Part shown: positions 1 to 13,800 of the stretch, piece after piece | Layout of the letters: the number at the start of each line of letters is the position of its first letter | How positions within the stretch are numbered: the first letter of the stretch is position 1 | NCBI GenBank assembly: GCA_038496445.1 | Contig: JALMLS010000304.1 | Coordinates: 248,001-312,000 of the forward strand | Direction: 5' to 3' | From: Trichosphaerium sp. ATCC 40318 | Lineage: Eukaryota; Protista; Tubulinea | Length of the DNA: 64,000 nucleotides | Program-made: the position numbers and the translations under genes | The notes under the pieces: model-generated | What the model saw: only the letters and a program-made list of their open reading frames with translations | The model's database searches: none | What the model was told of the DNA's origin: nothing

Positions 1-313
1 ATTTGCAATGTGTTGTGCGTTTTTTTTAAAGAAGAGGCGAAAAAGTATGAGTTTTCTCGCCGAAAAGCGAAAACCTTGGCTCTAATGAAAATCGTCATTG
101 GAATGTGATGTTCAAACCTAATTTCCAAATCAAAGCTTAACATTGTATGCCTCCTTAACAACTAAGAACTTTGCTAAATAGTTGAAAACTGAAAACTATT
201 TTGTGTCACACAGCGCTTATTTGACTGATTATGACCGTTAACTAGTTCATCAAAATCATAAAAATTGGAACCTAACGGACGTAACAACAGTTCACGAACT
301 ACCTAAAGAATAA

Positions 314-1115
314 ATGGATACCCTACCACCTGAGGCACTGACGCATATTCTGTGCTATTCAGACAGGAAGACGCTCATTTCAGCCTCTGGAGCTTGTAAC
401 GTTATTAATGACATTATACGACAACGCATTGGGTTTAATAGTATCACGTTGAGAACGTCATCAGACTGTGCTATTCTTAAAGGAAGTCCATTGCTTAAAA
501 ACACAAAAGTTGTTTACGCGTGTAAAACACCATCAGAAAACGACTTTAAATGTCTACGTGGTGTAAAAAATATATGTGCAAGCCATACACCTATTCCAGA
601 TTCATGCATCCTTAGTCTAGTAAACGGAAGTCAAGAACCTATTCAAACTATAGATTTACGTTTTACGCGTGTAACTGATATCTCATTGAAGGCACTTAAA
701 TGTACATACAATTAGTATAGCTGATTGTAATGTTACAATAGAAGGAATGAAAGCACTAAAAAATGTTAAAGACATAACGCTAAAGACTCCTCAAGATGTG
801 TGGTTAAAACATCTTTGTAACGTTGATAAAATACATATTTACAATGATAGTGTGGCTATGGGGAAGTATGTAACAGATGAAGGGATCAAAGAATTGATTA
901 ATGTCAAAGAACTTATCCTTCACTATTGTGCTGGATTAACAGATGAATGTTTCAAGAAACTTGTCAATCTAGAACACCTCACAATTTATCGTAATGAGTT
1001 GATTACAAATGATTGCTTGAAGTATATGAAGTCTTTAAAAACAATACGGATTTATTGGAAGACCCAGATTACACAAGAGGCTGTTGAAGCATTGGGTATA
1101 AAATGGATTATATAA
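314..1115 (+). CDS. F-box plus leucine-rich-repeat protein, intronless, with one frameshift near 698-700
   Basis: N-terminal F-box-like LPPEALTHILCYSD. LRR units IDLRFTRVTDISLKAL, VTDEGIKELINVKELILHYCAGLTDECFKKL and ITNDCLKYM. The 747 ORF frame is open from 699 (NVHTISIADCNVTIEG), so the two ORFs join across an indel in ctt-aaa-tgt. Confidence 0.75.
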
Positions 1116-1329
1116 ACATTATAGTTTTTCCTCTTTCTTTTGTAGACGGACTTATCTCTTCATTATTAATAAACGTCCGCGTGGCTTTAATACTTTCCTA
1201 CTCGATTAGCAAAACTATCCTCATAAGGACTTTATCTGAATGAGAGTACATTGCTGTGGGAGATATTTAATATCTGAACTGTGGTATCGTTTTATTACAG
1301 TATTTACACGTGTTGGGAAAAAATGAGTT

Positions 1330-3957
1330 CTATTCGTTTGCTGACCTAAAGTACAGCATATTACCCGTAGGTTCTTCTACTTCCATATCATCTGTATTAG
1401 AAGACTGCTTCTGAGCCAAGCGTTCCAAAAAGTCAGCACCAAACAACATCTTAGCTGTATTAAATGCAACTTTTTCTCCGATTATGTTATGTTCGAATTG
1501 ATCCACAGAGTCAAGTCTTACTGACGCCTGCTTTGCAATATCATTCTTCTTTCTGGCCATTTCCAATTTAAGAGATATAAGTGCATCCTAGGAACATATG
1601 AACAAAGAAGATCCAAGAACGAAAAACCAATCCCAGTTGTCGGGAGTAAAATTTTCTGTTTTTTTCAGAAATGAACAGGTTTAAAAAGGGTTGGTTTGTT
1701 ATATTACTTACCGGTAAAAGACGGGAAAATTGTTTGTAACTGTTTCTGCCAACAGTGTACCGTTGACATTTTGCATTTTCAGCACGTTTTAACGTAGCAA
1801 AAAATCTTGATTTTTGCTTTCCATTAACAACAAAAGTATAAGCATTACCAGCTTTACCTGCACGTGCAGTACGTCCCACCTATAATAAAATAAAACTCAT
1901 GTCATAATAAAACCTTTTAAAAGCAATCTAAATCAAAAGGTGACATACTCTGTGAACATATTGCTGTAAACTAAAAAGACCATTAGATGAATGAAGAATA
2001 AACTTTTTTTTGAAATGTACCTGTAAGGCGGAGAATAATTGATGACGAAATCACAATCTATGACATCCAATCCTCTCATAAATACATCGGAACAAATAAG
2101 CCTTTTGATCATATTAATGAAGAGTATGATTTCGCTTGATTACGTACAAATGAGTTATGCCTTGCTTGAAATCTTCTAAAACTTTAGATCTTTCTTGAAA
2201 TTTTACTTTCCCTGTGTATTCTTGAATATTTTTGTCCGGTATGATACGTTGTAAGATAAACGTCAACCTATTTTAAAACACATATGATTAATAACAATCG
2301 GAAACAAAAAATAAAATCAATCGCTTGGTTTATCAAGCAGCAAGAACTCAAAAAAACTGTTTTTCTTCAAAAATTTATCAAAAAAAAAAAAAGACTGTAC
2401 CTGTGAACTTCATCGATTGAATTAACAAAGCATAATCCAGATCTACAATCAATATCTTGTAACAATCCAGCTATAATTGTTGGTTTATCTGGTGCGTCAG
2501 CTTCTACAATCCATTGCTAAAAAATTAATGTCAACGAAAATTCAGAGAAATAGAAAACGTACTTGAAGATTCTTTGGAATAGCGAATTGTCTTGCTTCTG
2601 AACCAGAAGTATAAAATGTTGGATTATTAAATCGTAGTTTCGCAATCAGTTCTAGAGGGTCAGAGTAAGATAATTGCTTAGTGTGGGTTTAAGGTACCTG
2701 GAGATTGCTCAAGAGTTGCAGAGAATAACAGTTTCAGACGTCTTGGGTACTGTGGGATATCAACACGACAGTCAATAACTGTTGACATTTTATCTATTTG
2801 CTGTGTCAATTTAGCAAAACTGTCTTTAGTTTTCATCAACATATCAGCTTCGTCAAGAACCTACACAAAAAACAAATAAGTTCTCACAACTCCAAAAAAA
2901 ACCATTTAAAAAAACAAGTCCTTCAAGAAGCTGTATCAACTCTATCATGCACGTGTTGTTTTCATAAAAACAATAACAAAAAATGCTATGATTTCAACAC
3001 GTGATAAGAAAAATAAAAGAGCTATGTTGCCATCACAACAACTCCATAAAAAACTTTTCCAGGTAATAATACGTACAAGGTATTCCACATTATCAAAGTT
3101 GAAGTTTGGTGTATTACATAGATGATCTACTATACGCAAAGGTGTTGCAACGACAATATCGCTTATAATATTACCATCTGAATCACATATCTGTTCTAAA
3201 TCATCTCCAAGCACAGTACCTCCGTACAACGCAGCAACATTCAAGTTTGTATTTTCTGTTAATTGTTTGAATACAGAAGCAATTTGTGCGACTAAATCTC
3301 TTCCTGGGGCGATGACTATACACCGAAGCCTGTTGCTACGGTAGTACCGAAGTGTGTCAACAACAGGGACAGCATAGGCGAGTGTCTTACCTTAAACTAG
3401 GCGTAAGATTCTCGCTTGGTGAAAAAAACGGTTTATTCGTACCTGAACCGGTTGGTGCACAAACCAATATGTCGCCTCCGCGATCTCTATTACGCATAAC
3501 AGAAGGAATGATAGTTCTTTGTACAGGGAAAAGTTCTGAACATGAAATGTCATTAGTTCGAGTGCGTGTGGTGCGTATTAAACGCTGTATGAGACGTACC
3601 AGAGAATCCAAAGCTTTCTGACAGTTCGTTCAGTACCCAATCGCTTACTACGCATCTACGCTTGAAATCTTTGATTGTGATTGGTTTTGGAGCTAGTTTT
3701 CTTGCGTTTGTAAAGAATGAAGGCACAATATCGACATCAAGCCTAGATTCTAATTGCGCTTTGGTACGACGCTCTGCTACGCGTTCTGTTTCTAATTGGA
3801 CGAGTTCTGGGTTTTTCTCGTCTTTATCAAAGAAATCATAAAGTTCTTCTATTTGCGTGTGTATTCTCCCCTCGTCGTTGGTACGAAGGACCCGTTCATG
3901 TTTTGCGCTTGAATAATTTCTTTTACCATTCTCACGTGTTTCTGTGATGATATCCAT
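1330..3957 (-). CDS. DDX51: DEAD-box RNA helicase, DDX51/Dbp6-like, multi-exon
   Basis: Spliced motifs: Q-motif LFPVQ, CAPTGSG|KTLAYA, VATPLRIVDHL, VLDEAD (about 2830-2860), LFSATL, HRVGRTARAG. Confidence 0.85.
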
Positions 3958-4327
3958 TACTAGGAATCAATAGGTGGTGTGTAGTGGTGCAAAACGTGAA
4001 AATAATGCAATTTTCTTGGTTACTATTTTACCAGTCAAAAAAAGCAACAATCTAAACTTCGCTTTAGTGCGCAGTAGGCGGGCTTAGCTTTGAAGAGAGC
4101 GTCACTGCGTTCAACTATACTCCACAAATACTAGATTTCGCCTAATACTAGCGTAGTGTAGTAAAACCGAATTACAATACGAGGGTACGCAGCAAAACCT
4201 CTTTTACAAGCGATAAACTGTAATCACACCTTTCCGACGCAATACAAACCGCAATGCTTGTAATTGCTTGGCTAAGTATTCCAAAGCGTATTTTTAACGG
4301 TATCCTATTTAGCCAAAGTGAAACTCG

Positions 4328-6825
4328 ATGATGAAAGGGCGTTTAGGTCTCAAAAAGAGTAAGAAAGACAAAACACAACAGTACGTTTTTACAGAGTGAT
4401 TTTGTATTAAAAAAACGCCAAGATCGACTACTGACGATGGTACACCAAAAAAACACCGTGGATGTACGAAGTTTGTGCCGCAGCGATGGTACGAAGCGGT
4501 TTTTTGTCACAACGTTTTTTTGGCACTAATTACCTTTAATCAGGCGCAAAACTAAATGTCAAACATGCTATTACTCAATAGACGAACATCCTAAATTAAA
4601 TACAACAGAAAAACAGTCTGTAAGTCCAATTTCAGCCAATTTATTTTTTACTGAAAAACTCATAAACCATTGTTTTCTCTTTTAGTTGACTATTCTCTAG
4701 AGCCCTAAATCAAAACCAAATACGCCTACTTCGCCTTTAAATATCGAGTTAAATGCTGTCAAATCTGTTGGTAAGACAAAGATTGCCAAGTGGGAGAATA
4801 TGGAGCAAAAAACAAGATCGCCACAAAAAGAATCAGCAACAAGCTGGATACGCGAAACTAATGATGATGCACCACCTTTAACATTAAACAAAACATGGGA
4901 CAGCTCTTCAAGTATGTTTCTAATGTATTTAAAAGCCAGACGTCTAAAACAGCTCTACAGAACAGAAGAAGACATCACCTGCTGCACGTCGTGCGCGAAG
5001 ACGTGCTGAAGGAGTAGGAGAAAGAAGGTAAACAAAGATACCATAGAATGTGGACTACCAGCCTTCTAACCGTTTTTTTGCAGAGAAATGCCAAAAGAGC
5101 AAAACGGAGCACCTATGAGCATGCGTATACGTTCAAAAAGAGAAGAGGCAGTGCGTTTAGAAACAGAAGAAATTAAGAAACTGGAAAGGACTCACAGCTC
5201 CATTGAAAAGCGTAGTTTGGAAGCCCAAGGTGATCACTCAGTAGTAGTTGTTTATCTAACCTATCTGTTATTAGTCGAAGAAAAAGATAGAAGACGTAAC
5301 CGTTTGAAGATGTTAGCAGGAGTTCAAAAGGAATGGGATAACCTTATTCCTTCTCCAAGTGGATCTATCAAAGGTTACATTTTTCTTTCTGTTTTTTTTT
5401 CTGCGTTTAGTATTTCTTTTTTGCTTACTCCTGTAAAGGTAAATCACGTCCAAAATCAGCTAAGCAAGAACTACAAACTGTAGAACAATTATGGAAGGAA
5501 TTGAAGAAAAGAGAAGAAGCAGAGATGGCTGGTGAAGTAGAAACACAACAAAACACTGAAAAGATGAAGATTTCAACAGCTCCTTTGAGCAGAAGACGTG
5601 GAGGGTAAGTGCACTTATCTACATAACTACTCTAGCTGCCAATGTTTGTGTTTAACAGTCTTTAACTAATATACGTGTACTTTACTAACAACATGAAGGA
5701 CGCTGGCACATACTAGAGTTAAGAATATTACAGGTGGAATGAAAGGATCAGATTCTGCTTTCAACGTTAAACTTGGTAGTAAGAGTGAGAGAAAAGCAAA
5801 GAATGATTTCATGTCACAAACTTGGTCTGCTGCTACTTTTAAACAGCATCAAAGAGAGGCAGAGATTCATAAATTAATGGAAATGGAGCAACAAATAAGG
5901 TAACTTGGTGCTACCAACTTTTTTTTGTTTTCTTTTTACACTAACGTGGTTACATTAGATCTCGGCGATTACAACTTGAAGAATTAGTTAGAAGTGAATC
6001 TAAGAATTCACTATACTCTGAGCATTCACCGTCTGGTGTGGACCGTGAGGATTCGTACACAACAGAACGTCAAAGTTCTTATAATACAACATACTCATTC
6101 CAAACTGATTTTTCAGTTGGATCTGAGCCACGTTCACGTAATACATCAACAACATCCAATGGATATGTCATGGGAAGCACGTACGTTATATGAAAATATA
6201 TTAAAGCTCTTAATACGTGCTAACATAATCTAATAGCCCTACAGATGATCTTACAGCATTTTTAAACAGCACTATTACAGACTTAGAATCAAGCGATGAG
6301 ATATCTTATGGAAGTCCTAGTTCTGCTGATTCAAAGGAACGAAGACTTCTGTCTATTACAGCAAAACCAAGAAAGCATTTAGAGAGATTATCAACACAAG
6401 GTTCTATAGCGTACGAATCACTAAAAAAAAGACATCAAAACGTGACATGTGCTTTCTTCTAAGGTTTTTTTAGTGCTCTGTTAGATGTTGAGTCTGAAAT
6501 ATCAAGCCGAAGATCATCTCGTCGGTTAAGTATTAATACGATTGGATCAGATGATGTTGACTCTGCTCTACAAGAGCTTAGTATGAGTCTAAAATCTGAA
6601 AAGAAATCAAAAGTCAAAGATGATAAGAAGGGTGATAGTCTTATGGAAGACTTTGATGATGTATTAAATATGAGCTACTCTTCTGATGAAGATAATCGTC
6701 TTAATGATGACAAAGAACAAGAATTACCTCCTGCTAGTAATGAAGCATTACTTCAAGATTTTAGTTCATTTTTAGATCAAGAACTAGAATCAGACTCTTG
6801 GAGCGACGAGGATTCAGAGTCCTAA
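4328..6825 (+). CDS. Multi-exon protein with an N-terminal MPRIP/PEAK1-type C3H motif and coiled-coil and acidic regions
   Basis: Spliced N-terminal region GCTKFVPQRW|RKTKCQTCYYSIDEH, followed by charged coiled-coil exons and an acidic C-terminus ending at 6825. GT-AG introns throughout. Confidence 0.6.
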
Positions 6826-7054
6826 AAAAACGATTGAGGTACCACTCAATCAAAAAGTAGAAAATAAAAGAAAAAAAATTAATACCACAAAACAAGTTAT
6901 TAGCGATAAGAGGCATAAGCTCTTTCAACAAAAAACAATGATATGAGGGTACAGAACTGTGCTTGTGTAGAATTATTTAGAAATAGTCGCACGTGTTGAA
7001 TGTTTTTTTTGTTTTTAATCTAGCTATTTATTTGAGGATGAAGACACGTTTGGT

Positions 7055-7679
7055 TTATTCAATCTTAATGTCGGTGGTCTTGGCTTCCTTCTTGGTAGGA
7101 ATATCAACCGTCAAGATACCGTGCTCGCATTTTGCAGAGATTTTGGAGGTGTCGGACATTGGTGGTAAGCGTGCTGATCTGACAAATTTTCCAGAGTATC
7201 TTTCGCTTCTGATGACTTCACCGCTGTCAGACTTTTCCTCAGTTTTAGAGGAGGTTTCTCCCTTGATCGTGAGCATGTTATCAGGATCCAAAGATAACGA
7301 GATATCCTCCTTCTGTAATCCAGGCACTAGAGGTAACAACATTAGCTGCGAAACACTTCACTGAGTTTTTTAAAAAAAGAATTCTCAAGCAAACGTACTT
7401 TCAACTGACATTCTGTAACCGTCGTCAGTTTTAACGATATCCATGGCAGGTCTTCTAGTATCCATCTAAACCAACTCTTAGCGAGACGACTTGTAAACGG
7501 TTTTTTGTTAAAGATTAATCCCAAGATGATGTTTGGCGTACGTCTTTCATTAGACTTGGCCAATGACGCCTATGTCTTGGGTACGGATCGAATACGTTGA
7601 GAGGGAAGTTAAAAAAGTCATCCATCCAGTATCCAAGTTCGTTTGGACGTCTGTGAGTTAGTTCGCGCTGTTGTGCCAT
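7055..7679 (-). CDS. Small heat shock protein (HSP20/alpha-crystallin), 2 introns
   Basis: PAMDIVKTDDGYRMSVE|MPGLQKEDI...LTIKGE...ERYSGKFVRSARLP...AKCEHGILTVDIP...IKIE. ATG at 7679. Confidence 0.92.
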
Positions 7680-7824
7680 TGTTGGTGGTTGTTTGATTTA
7701 AATGGGAGGAAAAGTCGGTTAAGATTTGCTAAGAAAGAATCACAGTGAATAAAATTTCGGAGAAATCTCACTTTTTTTTGATGTTTCTCATCCCTTCTTA
7801 CTCTTCCCGCTTTTTAGGTTACCA

Positions 7825-7839
7825 AGATAGTTCTGGAAC
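7825..7839. promoter_or_regulatory. Heat shock element upstream of the HSP20 gene
   Basis: aGATa-gTTCt-gGAAc (two perfect and one imperfect nGAAn pentamer) about 150 bp upstream of the HSP20 ATG. Confidence 0.5.
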
Positions 7840-8292
7840 ATACATGTAGTGTTGTGGAATAAGAAGTGTATGAATACAAGAGCAAGGTTGCAGTAAGCGT
7901 ACTAAAGTTTATAAAATGGCACACTCGTAACAATTAAAGACAAACACGTGTTGAGTTTCGGGTTAAAAATGCTGTACATGAAATGGGTTGTTCCCGTATA
8001 TTGTTTAAACGCATAGAGATAAACTAGGCGTATCAATAAGCGGTTCATACTTGTATTTGATCGACTAACGAAAAAGCAAGTTAGTGGCCAACACACTGAG
8101 TTTTAACGATTTGATCAATCGAGAGTATCGTAGGTGTAACACCAAGGAGTTACAGAATATGCACAAAACTCAAAGGATAATTACTTATGGACTTGGACTA
8201 CACGTGGACCTCTCAATGACAAATACAAAATAAACGAAATTTCAATCGGAACGATTTATTTTGGTTATTCCATTAAACTTTCTTGTACTTGT

Positions 8293-8838
8293 TTATCTCA
8301 GGCATTTAATACTCTCAAGATCAATAGGATCTCTTTCACGCTTTGTAATAGTCTCCATGATGTAGTCAAGTTCAAGATCACCCTTGTCATTTGCTTGAAG
8401 TTTGATGGCAGCATCATCAGTTGCACGTCCTTGTATTTTTTTGCCGAACATTACTCCACTTGACTTTACGCGTATTGTTTCTTTGTGACTTTCTCTACTT
8501 AGCGTATCTGGCACCCATCTGAGTACAGCGAACTTATCTCTAATGCCTCCGCCCTCTGTTTTGTAGCTAATGTTCAAAACACTCCAACGAAGTTGTTGGT
8601 CGTCAAAAAGAGCTATAAACTTCTTCCAAGGAGAAGGGTCGTTGTATGATACAGTTCCGATGAGTTTTATTTCTGTTTCGTCTTCGTTTAAACCAAAAAC
8701 GGCAGCTAGTTGCTTAGATTTACGGTTACGCACTACGCTTTCGTATGCAGTCCAAGATTCTTCCGTTACTTCTGGTGTTTTTATTAGGGTAGCCATTTTC
8801 AAAGTATTTTTAGCAGCAACGTTTAATTGTGTTGACAT
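8293..8838 (-). CDS. ADF-H (cofilin/coactosin-like) actin-binding domain protein, intronless
   Basis: WKKFIALFDDQQLRWSVLNISYKTEGGGIRDKFAVLRWVPD...IKLQANDKGDL matches the ADF-H pattern. Confidence 0.75.
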   Translation of the reverse strand: MSTQLNVAAKNTLKMATLIKTPEVTEESWTAYESVVRNRKSKQLAAVFGLNEDETEIKLIGTVSYNDPSPWKKFIALFDDQQLRWSVLNISYKTEGGGIRDKFAVLRWVPDTLSRESHKETIRVKSSGVMFGKKIQGRATDDAAIKLQANDKGDLELDYIMETITKRERDPIDLESIKCLR

Positions 8839-9032
8839 TTTTATACCTTTTTCAGCGTTGTTAGATCACTCGTGGCTCGCATGTGTTGTACTGTGCGGTA
8901 ACAAATACACTGAAATCAAGAGCATACAATACAGGTAAACAGACTTTACTAGTCAATATTGACGGAATGATGTAAAGAAAGAGCAAGTATGTTTTTATAG
9001 TGGTTCGTAAAGCAGTATCTGTGCTTCTTTGC

Positions 9033-12000
9033 TTACATGTTGAGAGTCACAAGGTAGTGTGGATACGCTCTGCTGTTCTCAAACACAGCATAGATTCTTC
9101 CTTTGCTAGATACTTTTGTACAAGAATCATATTCAGTACATACTGGGTAAGTAAAATCGGATGGCTCAGTGCTTGAGGTACCAATAATAACTAGAAGTGA
9201 TTAATCACAAGTACTACACGTGTAGTTTTAGTACCATCCACAATGAACATTTGAGAAGAGCTTCCAACATAGTCTTAGCAAAATGTTTAAGTGACAATGA
9301 AACATTTGACGAAACGTTGCGTACCAAGTGAGTACTCTGATTTTTCTGCAAAGTAGATACCTTTACCAAGAAGTCCATTTTTTGCCAACCTATATTTCAT
9401 GTGAGGAACAATATCAGTGAATGGTCACGTGATAAAAACTATTGTAAAAAGCCGTACCCTACATCGAACCCGACGTTTCCGTCATAGATTTTGTTTGGAC
9501 TATTTTTTCTTGTACCATGGAATAGTCGTTTGACATTCGCATCTCCTCCATTTCTCCCAGACACCAAATCACACTTTTTTTTGAACCTTTTCCAAAGATA
9601 CTTGTTTTGTATCCTTTGAATACTTGAAACACTGCAACCAGGCATCATTTTCACAAGATGTTGGTATTCATACGAGTAACTAAACGTATAAACTTCCAGG
9701 CTAAACAAAACCTCATATGTACCTTTGCAAAGTAACGAGTAATTGTGTATTTTTTGTAGTCCAATGAGCTGGGAAAATAGAAGCTAAAAAATGTTATATA
9801 GTATTTCAGAGTATGCTCTCGTACGTTTGTACTTTTTGAGTAGCTCAGTGATACACTTCTTTGCTCCAATAACATTCGTATCTGTTCCAACAATAGTTAA
9901 CTTGACCAAATCAGGTTTTGACTCTCGAACAGTGCACGTGATAGCGCGCTCTTTGTTTGTAGTTGTGTTACGTTGTGTCATTTTATCGAAATCAACTTCA
10001 TATGTATACTCATTCCTGATACCATCCATGTAGCCATTGACATTAACAAAATTAATCTCATTAGTACCCGTTTTAAGCCTTAAGAGCATTAGGTACAAAA
10101 CGAAATAACTCGCACCTCAGTAAGTGTTTTTCCTGTATAATTTTGTTTTGTGGTTCATCGTATTTGATATATGTACCACTGTCATCACACCACATCCACT
10201 GTGTGGGCTGGTGCAATAGTGAGTACTTCATAACAGCCTTTTCAAACTCTGCAACTGCTTTTTTGTTTGTATCTACCAAGTGTACGATATCAAACTTGTT
10301 GTCAAGCAAACATAAAGTACAAAGACGGACAATAGTATCACAGCAAAATTCAAGGGGGAATCCAGCTTTTCCTCCACCAAGGGCAAGTATAGAGAAGGAC
10401 TTATATCCACAAACATAAGCGGAACTGTAAATACAATTGTTTAATGGAAAGTATCTTTTAGCAGTAAGTACCTCAGAAGGCTTTTGATTGTTGACTCAAA
10501 TAGCCTTTTGCTCTGTTCGTCTTTACATGAAGGAATTGCAACTTCCATGACCTTATCTTTTTAACCTGGTGAATTATTAAGCAACGCACGTCATATCCGA
10601 GAACTCCTTTCACCACTGATATACTCCCATTCAATTTGTTCGTTTCTAGACCCAAGTCTTGGTAGTCTTTCAAATTTTCTGCTGCTTTGCTTCCTATACA
10701 GCCAGTTATAACGCGTACAAATCCAAACAAAGTCACCTGATGCCATAATCTTGCATTCTGTTGTTTCATCATATATGTCTCCACAACAAATTTCAAACTT
10801 GTTGTTATCAATAGGAGTATCAAAGGCAATCAAATTGTATTGTTCCCGCAATGTCTTCATCTCTAACTATAGTTTAGTTGTTAAAGGAAAGAGATGTACC
10901 TCCATCTCGGTAAAGAACCTCAGCAATGTCCGTCGAGAACTCAAAATGCTGTTCTTGTATGCACACCGGGATCAACGTACTGTCGAAGTATTTGCCATAC
11001 TTATTCACAGCACGTGAGAGGCCAGTGACAGTTATAGTAAATGGAGCTTAATAATCTATTAACATCAAAAATCTGTACAACAGCTCACGTGTTTCAAGAG
11101 AAAACTTGACTTGTACACATTGCACCAAAGCGAGTCTTTCAAGACTAGATAAGGAAACCTTAACTGAAAAGGCTTCAGCTGGTGAAAGGTTACAACTAGT
11201 GGTTGTAACTTGTAACAGCTTTTTTACAACCACAAGTGCTCCTTCTATGCGATAATTAGTACTAGATACACTAGAAATATGGAGGTACCAACTGCGTTGC
11301 CCAAACCAGTTATAACTAGACATTTTTTGTTTAAACTAAGTTTGACACGTGACATTTCTGAGTGAGTATTGTTTAGTTTTATTCTATTGTTAAGTACGTT
11401 CCACATCTCGAATGATTGATTGGGCATAAGAGCCATTTCATGAGAGCGTAAAGAATAATCCCTTCCTATAATGTTGCACACTACATCCGCTTGACCGATA
11501 ATTTCAATATGCCATGTATCTAGAAAGGTGTTAGCTTTCGCAAATCTTCTTTAGTACCTGTTGTAACCTTTTTTGAAAAGATAAGGTCTTCACTTCCATA
11601 AAGTTGTTCTTCAATACGCTCAAGCTCCTTTTATGAACAACTAAGCAGCATAACCACTATGTTGAAAGGTACCTTTAAAAGGAGTTGTTTATGAGATTCG
11701 CTTTGTATAGTTATATCAAAGCTTCTCTTGATTATCTCTTTCGTATACTGGTCAATAACTTTTTTTTGTGCAAGTACTTGTGACGAGGTGCCTTGAAGAA
11801 CTACATAGTCAGGGCCATATTTAACTATATCAGCACTCATAGGATACTTCCTTATAAAGTCTACTTCATAAGTGGTATATTTAACCTATTTACAGCTTAG
11901 CTAAAAGTTGTCAAAGTGTTTAGGTACCTTTACAGTTTTAATAATGCCTGCTAGTCTACTTGCTAAGATTTCTTTAACTAAATATACTTCCACACGAGAA

Positions 12001-13333
12001 AACCCTTGAGTACATTTTAACATTAAGTTATCACAAAGCGTAATTACCTTCTATCACTATGGTAGTATCCACAGTTGCCACGTGTACATCGAACTTTGTA
12101 ATGACATTGTCTACTTGCTGCAACTGTGAACCATTAGAAGTATTGCTGTACCAATGCGAAATAGCTTCAAGTTCTTGTTTGTTTGGCGTAAGTGTTTCTC
12201 TGATAATTATTGATTGAAAGTATTCCTGAATACTCTTCTTTGCTGCCGCAACACTGACCTTAATTCCTGCAAGAATAATTTTTGTACTCTTTGATTTCAA
12301 TGCAATTGTTACGCCTATACCTCATTACAATAATTGGATACGTGAGAATGTAATACCTGGATGTCTGTCGTTTATTTTTTGAATTTCATTCCTGTGCGAT
12401 AGTATTCTCTTCCCTCTCAACAAAGAATGAATCTAAGACTGTTATTTAGAATAAAAAACAGATCATTATTTATCACGTGCTTTTATAGACGCAGTATCCA
12501 ATTGTTCTTTGAAGCGAGATACATCTTTCTTGAAGCCTGACACTATCACTTCACCTTTGTTTGTGGCTGTTGTAACAACTGCATGAGCAAGAGCAAGGTA
12601 TTTTAAACTACAACGAACATAAAAATACTGTTTAGAAGACAATGCGCACTCAAGAATGGAAGTGTCTACAGAACGACCAAATTTAATAAGTTCAAACACT
12701 AAATGCTGTGCGAGTTGTTTCAATCCAGCCAACTTATTGTGTACTTCACTGCTTTTAGAGAGCACCTAAGCAATGTCAGATTCGATCGTTTCAAGTGTCA
12801 ATACCGTGCACGTATACTGTATCCCCTTAGTAAGTTTTCTAGGAATGAAGTGAGATACAGAAGAAACGTAAAAGCTATTACTGTTCTCTCATTCGAAAAT
12901 CACGTTTTGTACTGTACATCACTTCTTTTGCCTTAAATTTAAACACTGCTGATACTTGAGTGTCCAAATTAACACATACAGTCGATTTGAATACCGTTGT
13001 ATGTGGCAGTTGCTTTGCTATGGTCGTAGCGGCTAATATTGTTAGCGTGATATCACGCTGTACGGAAGATGTAACCTAGGCCATGCTTGAAATGGACGAT
13101 GCACAACTCTTCACGTTGAATGATATACTGAACAGTATCTAAACCTCTTCTTAGTTGTAAGTTTAGCACAGTTTATACCTATTTTACTCATTTCTATGTA
13201 ATCTTTACCACTCACAGAACTTTGAGGGTAGTACAGTGACGAGTTTGCGTATGTTCCGTTAATCTATTGAAATGAGTTATTTAGATTTTTTAACATACAA
13301 CAATCACTATACACTTACTATACGTGTTGCCAT
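9033..13333 (-). CDS. PARP14-like mono-ADP-ribosyltransferase copy 1 (RRM-like / KH-like repeats / degenerate Macro / WWE / KH-like / ART)
   Basis: ART motifs RIQNKYLWKRF, LFHGT, GKGIYFA, RIYAVFENSRAYPHYLV. WWE motifs QWMWCDDSGTYIKY and YEVDFDKMTQRN. Macro motifs GDIYDE and SFSILALGGGKAGFP. Repeated xxLxG...V..AK..I KH-like units. Confidence 0.85.
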
Positions 13334-13800
13334 ATCACTCAAAGCCTTAAAAAAGCAGATTGTATAAATTCAAATCTTTTCAAGTCTCTCAGAGATTATC
13401 ACAGCACTTTTGCGTCAGCACTAGAAATTACAAGATTTTAGCCAAGAATTTTGAAAAAATTGCGTTGACTCAGTACTTTTCCTCAGTTAACAGCATAAAC
13501 AAATCGCAAACTGGTTGTTAGACCTATAAATATAGCATCATAGATAAATGTTCAGAAATAAAGTTTGCAATGGTTCTGAGGTGAGTAAAACGTCGAAAAT
13601 TCCGTAATAGCAAAAAGCAAAAATTCATAGTTTTTTGAAACTGTCTCAAAAGCGATGCTGTCCCTGGTGAACTTTGATTGTTTTTAAAAATACAACAAAA
13701 ATCTAACGGTAAACACTCTATTGTCACCAACAAAACAAGTATATCTGAAGCAGAATCGTTTTAGTGTTTTTGTCTTTGTTACTACCACTCAGCAGGTACA

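Noticed and set aside
6993-7364. 123-aa plus-strand ORF
   Set aside because: Antisense shadow of the HSP20 exon.
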